Shown piece after piece: positions 34,742-47,394 of a stretch of 64,000 nt of DNA; position 1 is the first letter of the stretch; every line of letters begins with the position of its first letter. Below the pieces are notes generated by a model that was not told the origin of the DNA, made no database searches, and saw only the letters and a program-made list of their open reading frames with translations. Where the stretch lies: NCBI GenBank assembly GCA_950097015.1, contig CATNEN010000034.1, positions 4,712,001 through 4,776,000 on the forward strand. Reading direction: 5' to 3'. This stretch comes from Macrostomum hystrix (taxonomy: Eukaryota; Animalia; Platyhelminthes). The position numbers were made by a program, and so were the translations under genes.

Positions 34742-37250
34742 ATGATTTTACTAACGATGATTGCCAGAATTTCGGATGCCCTGCCTTTGGCAGCTTCCTT
34801 ACAAGAAGAGGAGGTAAATTTGCTAAGAGAGGTTCAGTATTTTGTTTCTTTCTCATTGACTTTGACTCTGAGTGTTCTGCACAAAAAATAAAAGCTTTCT
34901 AATTTTAAGACAGGCCTGGGACTTTTAATGCCAAGTATTTAGTCGAAATGTATTTTGTATGTCTAAATTAAAAAGCATATCCATTTTCGAAAATGAAAAT
35001 CAAAGCTGACCAAATCAATTTAAAAATGAAATGGACTGATTTTTTTGAATATGCTAGATGAATAACTTTATTTGCTACAATAGTGAAAAATGAATGGCAT
35101 AGTTCAATTTTAACTCTGGTTTTTTGTAAAGGTCAACTTTCTTATTATTAACTGTCCTAGCTATGACCAAGTATTTCTTTTTATAGGTTTTTTCAAGAAT
35201 ATAGGATAAAATATTTTAGTAGATTTAATCATATAAAAATAGCTGTCAAAAACCAACTAGCCAATATTCTTATGCATATTACTATTAAACTTTCCAGGGT
35301 TGTAGTACATTATGCATATGTTAGTTGTTAGAATTCATATAGAACTTTTATTAAACAGAATTTTCAGTTGCACTGATTTCAAATACTAGAGCTTGTTGCA
35401 TGTATAGAATTACCTCATAAACCCCCCTGATAAGCCATATGTTTTATAAGCTCATTGTAAACAAAAATTTTAGAGTGCTCCAAATCTGCAAGAGTACCAG
35501 AGCAAAGCCAAACAGCTATTTCGCCGGCTTAATGTGTCTTCACCATCTCGCTGCAGCCTGGAGTCAGGACCCTACATATTTCAGTCAGTGTTCTCACCTT
35601 GCATTATATGTTGCTCTTAAACAATAGATCAGAGGATAGCAGCCGATAGATCAGAGGATAGCAGCCGATAGATCAGAGGATAGCAGCCGATAGATCAGAG
35701 GATAGCAGCCGATAGATCAGAGGATAGCAGCCGATAGATCAGAGGATAGCAGCCGATAGATCAGAGGATAGCAGCCGATAGATTAAAGGATAGCAGCCGA
35801 TAGATCAGAGGATAGCAGCCGATGGATCAGAGGATAGCAGCCGATGGATCAGAGGATAGCAGCCGATAGATCAGAGGATAGCAGCCGATAGATCAGAGGA
35901 TAGCAGCCGATAGATCAGAGGATAGCAGCTGATAGATCAAAGGATAGCAGCCGATAGATCAAAGGATAGCAGCCGATAGATCAGAGGATAGCAGCCGATA
36001 GATCAGAGGATAGCAGCTGATAGATCAAAGGATAGCAGCCGATAGATCAGAGGATAGCAGCTGATAGATCAAAGGATAGCAGCCGATAGATCAAAGGATA
36101 GCAGCCGATAGATCAGAGGATAGCAGCTGATAGATCAAAGGATAGCAGCCGATAGATCAAAGGATAGCAGCCGATAGATCAGAGGATAGCAGCCGATAGA
36201 TCAGAGGATAGCAGCTGATAGATCAAAGGATAGCAGCCGATAGATCAGAGGATAGCAGCTGATAGATCAAAGGATAGCAGCCGATAGATCAAAGGATAGC
36301 AGCCGATAGATCAGAGGATAGCAGCTGATAGATCAAAGGATAGCAGCCGATAGATCAAAGGATAGCAGCCGATAGATCAGAGGATAGCAGCCGATAGATC
36401 AGAGGATAGCAGCCGATAGATCAGAGGATAGCAGCCGATAGATCAGAGGATAGCAGCCGATAGATCAGAGGATAGCAGCCGATAGATCAGAGGATAGCAG
36501 CCGATAGATCAGAGGATAGCAGCCGATGGATCAGAGGATAGCAGCTGATAGATCAGAGGATAGCAGCCGATAGATCAGAGGATAGCAGCCGATAGATCAG
36601 AGGATAGCAGCCAATGGATCAGAGGATAGCAGCCGATGGATCAGAGGATAGCAGCCGATAGATCAGAGGATAGCAGCCAATGGATCAGAGGATAGCAGCC
36701 GATGGATCAGAGGATAGCAGCCGATAGATGACATGCGTTACTTTCAGTTCAGCTTGCATTTCACCTACAAAAATCATTTTCTAGCTACCTAATGGAGCGT
36801 GGAGTCTGCTACCTGATCCTAGTTGAGAAGAACTTCTCAAAGCGATTAGCGTTCGGCTTCCTCGATGACATTCAGAACGAATTCACGGCGCAGTTTGGCG
36901 CCAAAGTTGACACGGTGACGCGACCCTATCATTTCATAGAATTCGAGCAGTATATTAAGAAGGCCAGAAAGAACTACACGGATAGTCGGGCCTCCAGGAA
37001 TCTCAGCCAGATCAGTGTTGAGTTGCAGGATGTTCAGCGAATCATGGTTGAGAACATGGATGAGGTACTAGCTAGAGGTGAGTCGCTCAGCGCCCTAGAT
37101 GATAAAGCTAGTCACCTGTCTTCTCTCTCTAAGAAATATCGTGACGATGCGGCCTATCTGAATCTGAGATCTGTCTACGCTAAATATGCCGTATTCTGTG
37201 TGGTCCTACTGCTGCTATTTGCCTATGTCTACTTCAAGTTCCTGTGGTAG
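34742..37250 (+). CDS. SEC22B: Vesicle-trafficking longin R-SNARE SEC22; exons 34742-34813, 35474-35583, 36785-37250 (215 aa)
   Basis: [24 protein letters not shown] / [20 protein letters not shown] / RPYHFIEF...[27 protein letters not shown] + C-terminal TM; GT-AG junctions with consistent phases. Confidence 0.95.
35625..36729. repeat. Minisatellite, 22-bp unit TAGATCAGAGGATAGCAGCCGA (SEC22 intron 2)
   Basis: Directly visible tandem array. Confidence 0.95.
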
Positions 37251-37859
37251 AGTGTGGTGCCTGATGGCAAACAGCTTGCTTATAAACAGCTCTTTATATG
37301 CTGCGAATGGCAATTGTGTTTTGTGACTTTTGGCTTTTAAAAATGAAGATAACAATAATGTTAAGCAAGTTCATTTGCAGACATTTTCATCCAGTGTTTC
37401 TCTCTTCTCTCTTGCTTTTGTTGCTGTGGCAGATGCCCCTTTCCCTGCTTCGTCTTTGTTAGCGGTGTTGATTGCAGTTTTGTTATATTTATTGTGCCTG
37501 TCCATGCGTTATATAATTGTACTCGTACTTCAGATGGTCTTTGGTCGCCTTAAATAGGTCAATATTTATTCAGTTCCTCCTATTTAAATGTGAACTGCGT
37601 CCCTGTTCTCAAACTTATTTTTATTGCTTTTTTCTCTCTTAGTTTTTGCGTTTTTTCGTTTACAAGAAAAAATATTTAATGAGCAGACTGAGAATAAATA
37701 ATATGTTATTGTTCTGTGCTTGCATAAAAGCTGAATAATACATAAAACTTCAATATACGCATTAAACTTCGTAGTAAAGGTATCCGCACCGTTAAACAGT
37801 TGTACCTTTTCGCTTCAAGTTATTTGTTGGTAATAAATACTTTTAGGGTTTCCAGTCTG

Positions 37860-39270
37860 ACTAGCAAACTGTTAGATAAGCAGCTGGCAAACTGTTAGAT
37901 AAGCAGCTGGCAAACTGTTAGATAAGCAGCTAGTAAACTGTTAGATAAGCAGCTAGTAAACTGTTAGATAAGCAGCTGGCAAACTGTTAGATAAACAGAT
38001 AGTAAACTGTTAGATAAGCGACTGGCAAACTGTTAGATAAGCAGCTAGTAAACTGTTAGATAAGCAGATAGTAAACTGTTAGATAAGCGACTGGCAAACT
38101 GTTAGATAAGCAGCTAGTAAACTGTTAGATAAACAGATAGTAAACTTTTAGATAAGCGACTGGCAAACTGTTAGATAAGCAGCTAGTAAACTGTTAGATA
38201 AGCAGCTAGTAAACTGTTAGATAAGCAGCTGGTAAACTGTTAGATAAGCAGCTAGTAAACTGTTAGATAAGCAGCTAGTAAATTGTTAGATAAGCAGCTA
38301 GTAAACTGTTAGATAAGCAGCTAGTAAACTGTTAGATAAGCAGCTAGTAAACTGTTAGATAAGCAGCTAGTAAATTGTTAGATAAGCAGCTAGCAAACTG
38401 TTAGATAAGCAGATAGCAAACTGTTAGATAAGCAGCTGGCAAACTGTTAGATAAGCAGATAGCAAACTGTTAGATAAGCAGATAGTAAACTGTTAGATAA
38501 GCAGCTAGTAAATTGTTAGATAAGCAGCTAACAAACTGTTAGATAAGCAGATAGCAAACTGTTAGATAAGCAGCTGGCAAACTGTTAGATAAGCAGATAG
38601 CAAACTGTTAGATAAGCAGCTAGTAAACTGTTAGATAAGCAGATAGCAAACTGTTAGATAAGCAGCTAGCAAACTGTTAGATAAGCAGATAGTAGACTGT
38701 TAGATAAGCAGCTGGCAAACTGTTAGATAAGCAGATAGTAGACTGTTAGATAAGCAGATAGTAGACTGTTAGATAAGCAGCTGGCAAACTGTTAGATAAG
38801 CAGCTAGCAAACTGTTAGATAAGCAGATAGTAGACTGTTAGATAAGCAGCTGGCAAACTGTTAGATAAGCAGATAGCAAACTGTTAGATAAGCAGATAGT
38901 AAACTGTTAGATAAGCAGCTAGTAAATTGTTAGATAAGCAGATAGCAAACTGTTAGATAAGCAGCTGGCAAACTGTTAGATAAGCAGATAGCAAACTGTT
39001 AGATAAGCAGCTAGTAAACTGTTAGATAAGCAGATAGCAAACTGTTAGATAAGCAGCTAGCAAACTGTTAGATAAGCAGATAGCAAACTGTTAGATAAGC
39101 AGCTAGTAAACTGTTAGATAAGCAGCTAGCAAACTGTTAGATAAGCAGATAGCAAACTGTTAGATAAGCAGCTAGTAAACTGTTAGATAAGCAGATAGTA
39201 GACTGTTAGATAAGCAGCTAGCAAACTGTTAGATAAGCAGATAGCAAACTGTTAGATAAGCAGATAGTAA
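37860..39270. repeat. Minisatellite, 23-bp unit AAACTGTTAGATAAGCAG(C/A)T(A/G)G(C/T) between SEC22 and the kinase
   Basis: Directly visible tandem array. Confidence 0.95.
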
Positions 39271-39385
39271 ACGATAAGCGTTATTTAAAAAAAAAGTTTT
39301 TCCTTTTTGTCTCAGCGCACGCTGGCAGACAAGTAAGCCAGGCAGTGGCAACATAAGTGACCAAAGTGCTTAGGCGAGCATCTAG

Positions 39386-42300
39386 ATGAAGGGCTTCTTG
39401 TCCCGCATCGGTGGTCCGCCGGCCTCTTTAACACTGGACGGCGCCGGCGCTGGATTTGTTGGCCGACAATTCAGCCTGTCCCGGCACCAGGTCACTGTTG
39501 AAGAGAAACTGGCCGAAGGCGGCTTCGCTCTGGTGTTCCGAGTGCGAAGCCTCCTGGATGGCAGGTTGTACGCATTGAAGCGAATGTGCGTCAACGACGA
39601 TCAGGCGATGCAAGTTTGCATGCAGGAGGTGTCTCTGGTGGTGAGTGCATCATGGGGTGTGGGCTGATCTGGGGATTGGGGAAGCAGGGACAATGCATCA
39701 GAGAAGTTGGGTCATGGATGAGGGATGGTGTGTCATGGAATTAGGGAAGGTGTGTCATGGATCAGGGAAGGTGGGTCATGGATCAGGGAAGGTGTGTCAT
39801 GAATCAGGGAAGGTGTGTCATGGATCAGGGATGGTGGGTCATAGAATTAGGGAAGGTGTGTCATAGATCAGGGAAGGTGGGTCATGGATCAGGGAAGGTG
39901 GGTCATGGATCAGGGAAGGTGTGTCATGGAATTAGGGAAGGTGGGTCATGGATCAGGGAAGGTGGGTCATGGATCAGGGAAGGTGGTTCATGGATCAGGG
40001 AAGGTGGGTCATGGATCAGGGAAGGTGTGTCATGGATCAGGGAAGGTGGGTCATGGAATTAGGGAAGATGTGTCATGGAATTAGAGAAGGTGGGTCATGG
40101 ATCAGGGAAGGTGGGTCATGGATCAGGGAAGGTGTGTCATGAATCAGGGAAGGTGTGTCATGGATCAGGGAAGGTGTGTCATGAATCAGGGAAGGTGTGT
40201 CATGGATCAGGGATGGTGGGTCATAGAATTAGGGAAGGTGTGTCATAGATCAGGGAAGGTGGGTCATGGATCAGGGAAGGTGGGTCATGGATCAGGGAAG
40301 GTGTGTCATGGAATTAGGGAAGGTGGGTCATGGATCAGGGAAGGTGGGTCATGGATCAGGGAAGGTGGTTCATGGATCAGGGAAGGTGGGTCATGGATCA
40401 GGGAAGGTGTGTCATGGATCAGGGAAGGTGGGTCATGGAATTAGGGAAGATGTGTCATGGAATTAGAGAAGGTGGGTCATGGATCAGGGAAGGTGGGTCA
40501 TGGATCAGGGAAGGTGGGTCATGGATCAGGGAAGGTGGGTCATGGATCAGGGAAGGTGGGTCATGGAATTAGGGAAGGTGGGTCATGGATCAGGGAAGGT
40601 GGGTCATGGATCAGGGAAGGTGGTTCATGGATCAGGGAAGGTGGGTCATGGATCAGGGAAGGTGTGTCATGGATCAGGGAAGGTGGGTCATGGAATTAGG
40701 GAAGATGTGTCATGGAATTAGAGAAGGTGGGTCATGGATCAGGGAAGGTGGGTCATGGATCAGGGAAGGTGGGTCATGGATCAGGGAAGGTGGGTCATGG
40801 ATCAGGGAAGGTGGGTCATGGATCAGGGAAGGTGGGTCATGGATCAGGGAAGGTGGGTCATGGATCAGGAAAGGTGGGTCATGGAATTAGGGAAGATGTG
40901 TCATGGAATTAGAGAAGGTGGGTCATGGATCAGGGAAGGTGGGTCATGGATCAGGGAAGGTGTGTCATGGATCAGGAAAGGTGGGTCATGGAATTAGGGA
41001 AGATGTGTCATGGAATTAGAGAAGGTGGGTCATGGATCAGGGAAGGTGGGTCATGGATCAGGGAAGGTGGTTCATGGATCAGGGAAGGTGGGTCATGGAT
41101 CAGGGAAGGTGGGTCATGGATCAGGGAAGGTGGGTCATGGATCAGGGAAGGTGGTTCATGGATCAGGGAAGGTGGGTCATGGATCAGGGAAGGTGTGTCA
41201 TGGATCAGGGAAGGTGGGTCATGGAATTAGGGAAGATGTGTCATGGAATTAGAGAAGGTGGGTCATGGATCAGGGAAGGTGGGTCATGGATCAGGGAAGG
41301 TGGGTCATGGATCAGGGAAGGTGGGTCATGGATCAGGGAAGGTGGGTCATGGAATTAGGGAAGGTGGGTCATGGATCAGGGAAGGTGGGTCATGGATCAG
41401 GGAAGGTGGTTCATGGATCAGGGAAGGTGGGTCATGGATCAGGGAAGGTGTGTCATGGATCAGGGAAGGTGGGTCATGGAATTAGGGAAGATGTGTCATG
41501 GAATTAGAGAAGGTGGGTCATGGATCAGGGAAGGTGGGTCATGGATCAGGGAAGGTGGGTCATGGATCAGGGAAGGTGGGTCATGGATCAGGGAAGGTGG
41601 GTCATGGATCAGGGAAGGTGGGTCATGGATCAGGGAAGGTGGGTCATGGATCAGGAAAGGTGGGTCATGGAATTAGGGAAGATGTGTCATGGAATTAGAG
41701 AAGGTGGGTCATGGATCAGGGAAGGTGGGTCATGGATCAGGGAAGGTGTGTCATGGATCAGGAAAGGTGGGTCATGGAATTAGGGAAGATGTGTCATGGA
41801 ATTAGAGAAGGTGGGTCATGGATCAGGGAAGGTGGGTCATGGATCAGGGAAGGTGGTTCATGGATCAGGGAAGGTGGGTCATGGATCAGGGAAGGTGGGT
41901 CATGGATCAGGGAAGGTGGGTCATGGATCAGGGAAGGTGGTTCATGGATCAGGGAAGGTGGGTCATGGATCAGGGAAGGTGTGTCATGGATTAGGGAGGG
42001 TGGGTCAGAGATTAGGTAAGTTGAGCCATATTCTGGTTTATATTCTGCAGGCTAAGTCACAATGGCGAAAAATTCCCCTTTAGCCAGCAACAAGTCTTGT
42101 AAGTTTGCTTCAATTTTTCCAGCGCTCAATCTCGCACAGAAATGTGGTCAGATATGTCGATCACGTTGTTCATCAGCTGCCTAATGGGGTTCGCGAGATA
42201 CTACTGCTAATGCTATATTACAGACGTGAGTGCATTATCCTGTTTAACTTCTAAAGTTAAATTTTTACCCTTGTCTGTTTCAATGACATAAAAATATATT

Positions 42301-45300
42301 TCAGCCATATTTTATTGTATGGTTGTGTTAGTAAGCGACTCATTACTAGTTAGTAATGTTCGCGAGATGAAACAAATTTTAGTCCTCCTAAAAGGTTTCT
42401 ATTATGAATCAAACAACTAAGTCCCTAAGTGACAGAGCTGACGAAATCCCATATTGACAGAGCTGACGAAATCCCATATTGACAGAGCTGACGAAATCCC
42501 ATATTGACAGAGCTGACGAAATCCCATATTGACAGAGCTGACGAAATCCATATTGACAGAGCTGACGAAATCCCCAATTGATAGAACTGACGAAATCCCC
42601 AATTGATAGAACTGACGAAATCCCCAATTGATACAACTGACGAAATCCCCAATTGATAGAACTGACGAAATCCCCAATTGATAGAACTGACGAAATCCCC
42701 AATTGATAGAACTGACGAAATCCCCAATTGATAGAACTGACGAAATCCCCAATTGATACAACTGACGAAATCCCATATTGATACAACTGACGAAATCCCC
42801 AATTGATAGAACTGACGAAATCCCCAATTGATAGAACTGACGAAATCCCCAATTGATAGAACTGACGAAATCCCCAATTGATAGAACTGACGAAATCCCC
42901 AATTGATAGAACTGACGAAATCCCCAATTGATAGAACTGACGAAATCCCCAATTGATAGAACTGACGAAATCCCCAATTGATAGAACTGACGAAATCCCC
43001 AATTGATAGAACTGACGAAATCCCCAATTGATAGAACTGACGAAATCCCATATTGATACAACTGACGAAATCCCCAATTGATAGAACTGACGAAATCCCC
43101 AATTGATAGAACTGACGAAATCCCCAATTGATAGAACTGACGAAATCCCCAATTGATAGAACTGACGAAATCCCCAATTGATAGAACTGACGAAATCCCC
43201 AATTGATAGAACTGACGAAATCCGAAATTCCTGATCCCAAAATTATTTATTAAAAAACTACAAACTTTTCTAAAAGAACTCTTTAACCAAATTTGAGTCG
43301 GCTTCGCAATCCAAATCCAGTTAGTTGGGGTAAAAATAACTCATTTTCGTTATCCCAGGTAGCCTATCGGATCTGCTGAACCGCTCCGCCCAGTCGGGCA
43401 GCCACCTGTCCGAACAGCAGGTTTGGCGCATCTTCTGTGACATCTGCTCGGCTGTGGCCCAGTTGCACCAGCGCCGGCCGCCAGTTATGCATCGCGATCT
43501 CAAAGCCGAGAATGTCTTGGCTAGCGACGATCCCGACTGCTCCTTTGTACTCTGCGACTTTGGCAGCGCCAGCGATCGGCCTCTCCTTGCCTCCCAGCTT
43601 GGCGTAGCTCGAGTTGAAGAGGAGATTCAAAAGTACACCACTATGGCCTACCGCAGTCCCGAGATGGTCAATCTGTACTCTGGTCGGGCTATAGACACCA
43701 AGTCGGACATCTGGGCTCTGGGCTGCCTGCTGTACCGTCTCGCCTATCTCGGCCTGCCATTTGGCGAGAGCTCATTGGCTATCAGCTCAGCTAGGCTCTG
43801 CCTTCCCGACAGGCCGGATAGGTCAGCACCTCTGCGCCGCCTCATTGGCTGGACCCTTAGACCCGAGCCAAGCGATAGGCCTGACATCCTGCAGCTGGCC
43901 CGGCTGGCTTTCGGACTGGCTGGCCGCCACTGCGACATCGCCGAAGCTCAGGTTGTTAGGCCTGCTGAAGTTCTGCCAGTCCTGAATTCTCTAGTCTGAA
44001 TATTTTTCGTAATTTTTTCAGGTTCCTGAAGTTTTAGGTTCCTGAGGTTTTCAGGTTCCTGAGGTTTTCAGGTTCCTGAGGTTTTAGGTTCCTGAGGTTT
44101 TCAGGTTCCTGAGGTTTTCAGGTTCCTGAGGTTTTCAAGTTTCTGAAGTTTTCAGATTCTTGAAGTTTTCAGGGTCCTGAAGTTTTAGGTTCCTGAGGTT
44201 TTAGGTTCCTGAAGTTTTAGGTTCCTGAAGTTTTAGGTTCCTGAGGTTTTCAGGTTCCTGAGGTTTTCAGGTTCCTGAGGTTTTCAGGTTCCTGAGGTTT
44301 TCAAGTTTCTGAAGTTTTCAGGTTCTTGAAGTTTTCAGGTTCCTGAGGTTTTAGGTTCCTGAAGTTTTAGGTTCCTGAAGTTTTAGGTTCCTGAAGTTTT
44401 CAGGTTCCTGAGGTTTTAGGTTCCTGACAGAAACCTAAAGTTAGGTTCCTGAAGTTTTCAGGTTCCTGAGGTTTTCAGGTTCCTGAGGTTTTAGGTTCCT
44501 GAAGTTTTAGGTTCCTGAAGTTTTCAGGTTCCTGAGGTTTTCAAGTTTCTGAAGTTTTCAGGTTCTTGAAGTTTTCAGGGTCCTGAAGTTTTCAGGTTCT
44601 TGAAGTTTTCAGGGTCCTGAAGTTTTCAGGCTCCTGAAGTTTTCAGGTTCCTGAAGTTTTCAGGTTCCTGAAGTTTTCAGGTTCCTGAAGTTTTTCAGGT
44701 TCAGAAAATACCAAAAACCAAAGACTTTTCCTTATAATATCGCCTACGTCCACCCCAATTTCCAGAGCGTTGAAGTCCCCGCACTTGAGTCCCTGCCATT
44801 GCCGCCGTCTGAGACTGAATGGCGTGAGTCTACTCAGTTGAAAAAATCGCCTAGCGTCGGGTGAGTAGTCCAGATTCTAAGAAATTTTTAGGGGAGGCTG
44901 TTTTGTACAGGCGCCTTGTGATTGTTATTGACTTTTCATCCAGCCATCTGCAGAATCAGCAGCAGCAGCAGCAGCAGCAAAAACCCGCCACCTCAGGCGC
45001 GGCGACGCCCAGCAGTGCGCGGCAACGACCAAGACCCGGCGGTGGACTTCAGACTCCGCAGGCGCTACCACCGCAGCCACAGCCTCCGCATCACCCGGCT
45101 GTGGATCTTCTGTCCGCCTCCGCTAGCAGCAATGCGGCTGGTCAGTCGTACATGCGGCATCGCCGATTAGTTAGCGACACATCCGCCCTGACGATGCGGC
45201 CTGCGTTGCCATCAGCGCCGAGTCGGCTAGCCGAGAAGCCGGCGGACTCCGGCGCCATGCGTCAACGCGTCGTCTCCATGGAGAAGATTTCAGCGCCTGC

Positions 45301-47394
45301 CGAGCCGGCTGTCGACCTGCTCGTCGATCTGGATTCGCCGTCGAATTCAACGTCGGTAGCGTCAGCAGCAGACGCAGCTGCCGCTTATCGAAACAGCAGC
45401 TACAGCGGCTGGGCAGAGGAAGCGGCCGCCGCGTTCTCCCCCGCGATGCCGGCGTCGACGGTCGCTCCGCTGGAGGACTCGTTATTCGGCGCCGAGTTTG
45501 ATCGGATTCGAGACTCTGCAACTAGTGAGTCTGATTGCTGTTGCTATGCTAGACTGCAGCATCACTGAGTACATCAGTACAGGTAGTGAGTCTGATTGCT
45601 GTTGCTATGCTAGACTGCAGCATCACTGAGTACATCAGTACAGGTAGTGAGTCTGATTGCTGTTGCTATGCTAGACTGCAGCATCACTGAGTACATCAGT
45701 ACAGCTAGTGAGTCTGATTGCTGTTGCTATGCTAGACTGCAGCATCACTGAGTACATCAGTACAGCTAGTGAGTCTGATTGCTGTTGCTATGCTAGATTG
45801 CAGCATCACTGAGTACATCAGTACAGCTAGTGAGTCTGATTGCTGTTGCTATGCTAGACTGCAGCATCACTGAGTACATCAGTACAGGTAGTGAGTCTGA
45901 TTGCTGTTGCTATGCTAGACTGCAGCATCACTGAGTACATCAGTACAGCTAGTGAGTCTGATTGCTGTTGCTATGCTAGATTGCAGCATCACTGAGTACA
46001 TCAGTACAGGTAGTGAGTCTGATTGCTGTTGCTATGCTAGACTGCAGCATCACTGAGTACATCAGTACAGGTAGTGAGTCTGATTGCTGTTGCTATGCTA
46101 GACTGCAGCATCACTGAGTACATCAGTACAGCTAGTGAGTCTGATTGCTGTTGCTATGCTAGATTGCAGCATCACTGAGTACATCAGTACAGCTAGTGAG
46201 TCTGATTGCTGTTGCTATGCTAGACTGCAGCATCACTGAGTACATCAGTACAGCTAGTGAGTCTGATTGCTGTTGCTATGCTAGACTGCAGCATCACCGT
46301 ACACACCAATGCAGCCCATCACAATGTCTTCATTGCCTATTTTATTTTGATATTTATTATAGATGTTACAAGTCATCAGTTGTCATCAAATCAGCCACAA
46401 ATACAAGAACAGCAAGCCAGGCCCTGTGCTCAGCCCACGGCAGTCTCTCATGCGGCCTTTGTGAGGCCTATGGCGCCAACCGCAGTCACAGATTCTAGAA
46501 GTAAGCTTTAATGCGCAGACTATAGCTTGCAGTAGTTGCTTGTTCTGCTTTAACGCCTTCTAGATCTCATTTGTTTTATGCCTAATCGATTCTGTTGCAT
46601 TTTTGCTATTGGCGATAGATTTTTGGTTATTGGCTATTGGTATTTCTGTGTGTTTGTGTGTTTGCTGTGATAGGCTATGAGTTGTACATGTATGTCTGTT
46701 CTTATTGGCTGTGGATTTTATTGTGTTGTGATTTCATGTTAGTTTTTATTGGACGTGGGTTTTTTGTTCTGATTGGTTGTGGGTTTTTTGTTTGTTCTGA
46801 TTGGCTGTAGGTTTAATGTTCGAACTGATTGACTGTGGGTTTTTTGTTTGTTCTGATTGGCTGTGGGTTTTATGTTTGCTCTGGTTGGCTGTGGGTTTTA
46901 TCTTTGTTCTGATTGGTTGTGTGTTTCTTGTTTTTTTCTGATTGGCTGTGGGTTTTATCTTTGTTCTGATTGGTCGTGGGTTTTATCTTTGTTCTGATTG
47001 GTTGTGGGTTTTATCTTTGTTCTGATTGGCTGTGGGTTTTATCTTTGTTCTGATTGGTTGTGTGCTTCTTGTTTTTTTTCTGATTGGCTGTGGGTTTTAT
47101 CTTTGTTCTGATTGGTCGTTGGTTTTATCTTTGTTCTGATTGGTTGTGGGTTTTATCTTTGTTCTGATTGGCTGTGAAGGCATATATATATAAGGTGTCT
47201 AAATTATACTTAACTACTTGCTCACTCCGCACTCAGCGGTACCCGCGGCAGCTCGGCCGTCCGCGACGCCAATCGGTCAGCAGCCCCGTCAGCCGCAGCC
47301 GCAGCCGCAGCACAGGCAGCAGCACAGCTGGGGTGGACCAAGTCCCAGGCATCCCAGTCAGCTGATGAATCAGCAGGTCTTTTGGCCTACCTGA
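39386..47394 (+). CDS. AAK1: Numb-associated kinase family (AAK1/BMP2K-like); exons 39386-39640, 42123-42225, 43359-43951, 44766-44860, 44944-45524, 46363-46500, 47237-47394 (about 640 aa)
   Basis: LAEGGFALVF, YALKRM, HRDLKAENVL, LCDFGSA, EEEIQKYTTMAYRSPEMVNLYSG, DIWALGCLLY, PFGES; tail motifs RQRP and HRRLVSD; all junctions GT-AG and phase-consistent; last two exons less certain. Confidence 0.88.
39700..42010. repeat. G-rich minisatellite, 21/22-bp unit CATGGATCAGGGAAGGTGGGT (kinase intron 1)
   Basis: Tandem array with 382-bp and 786-bp higher-order duplications. Confidence 0.95.
42430..43225. repeat. Minisatellite, 25-bp unit ACTGACGAAATCCCCAATTGATAGA (kinase intron 2)
   Basis: Directly visible; first units are the variant GCTGACGAAATCCCATATTGACAGA. 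Confidence 0.95.
44016..44703. repeat. Minisatellite, 16/17-bp unit TTTT(C)AGGTTCCTGA(G/A)G (kinase intron 3)
   Basis: About 40 units. Confidence 0.95.
45525..46297. repeat. Minisatellite, 61-bp unit beginning at the GTGAGT donor of kinase intron 5 (about 12.7 copies)
   Basis: GTGAGT recurs every 61 nt from 45525 to 46257. Confidence 0.95.
46755..47176. repeat. Degenerate 28-bp repeat TTCTGATTGG(C/T)TGTGGGTTTTATCTTTG (kinase intron 6)
   Basis: About 15 units. Confidence 0.85.
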
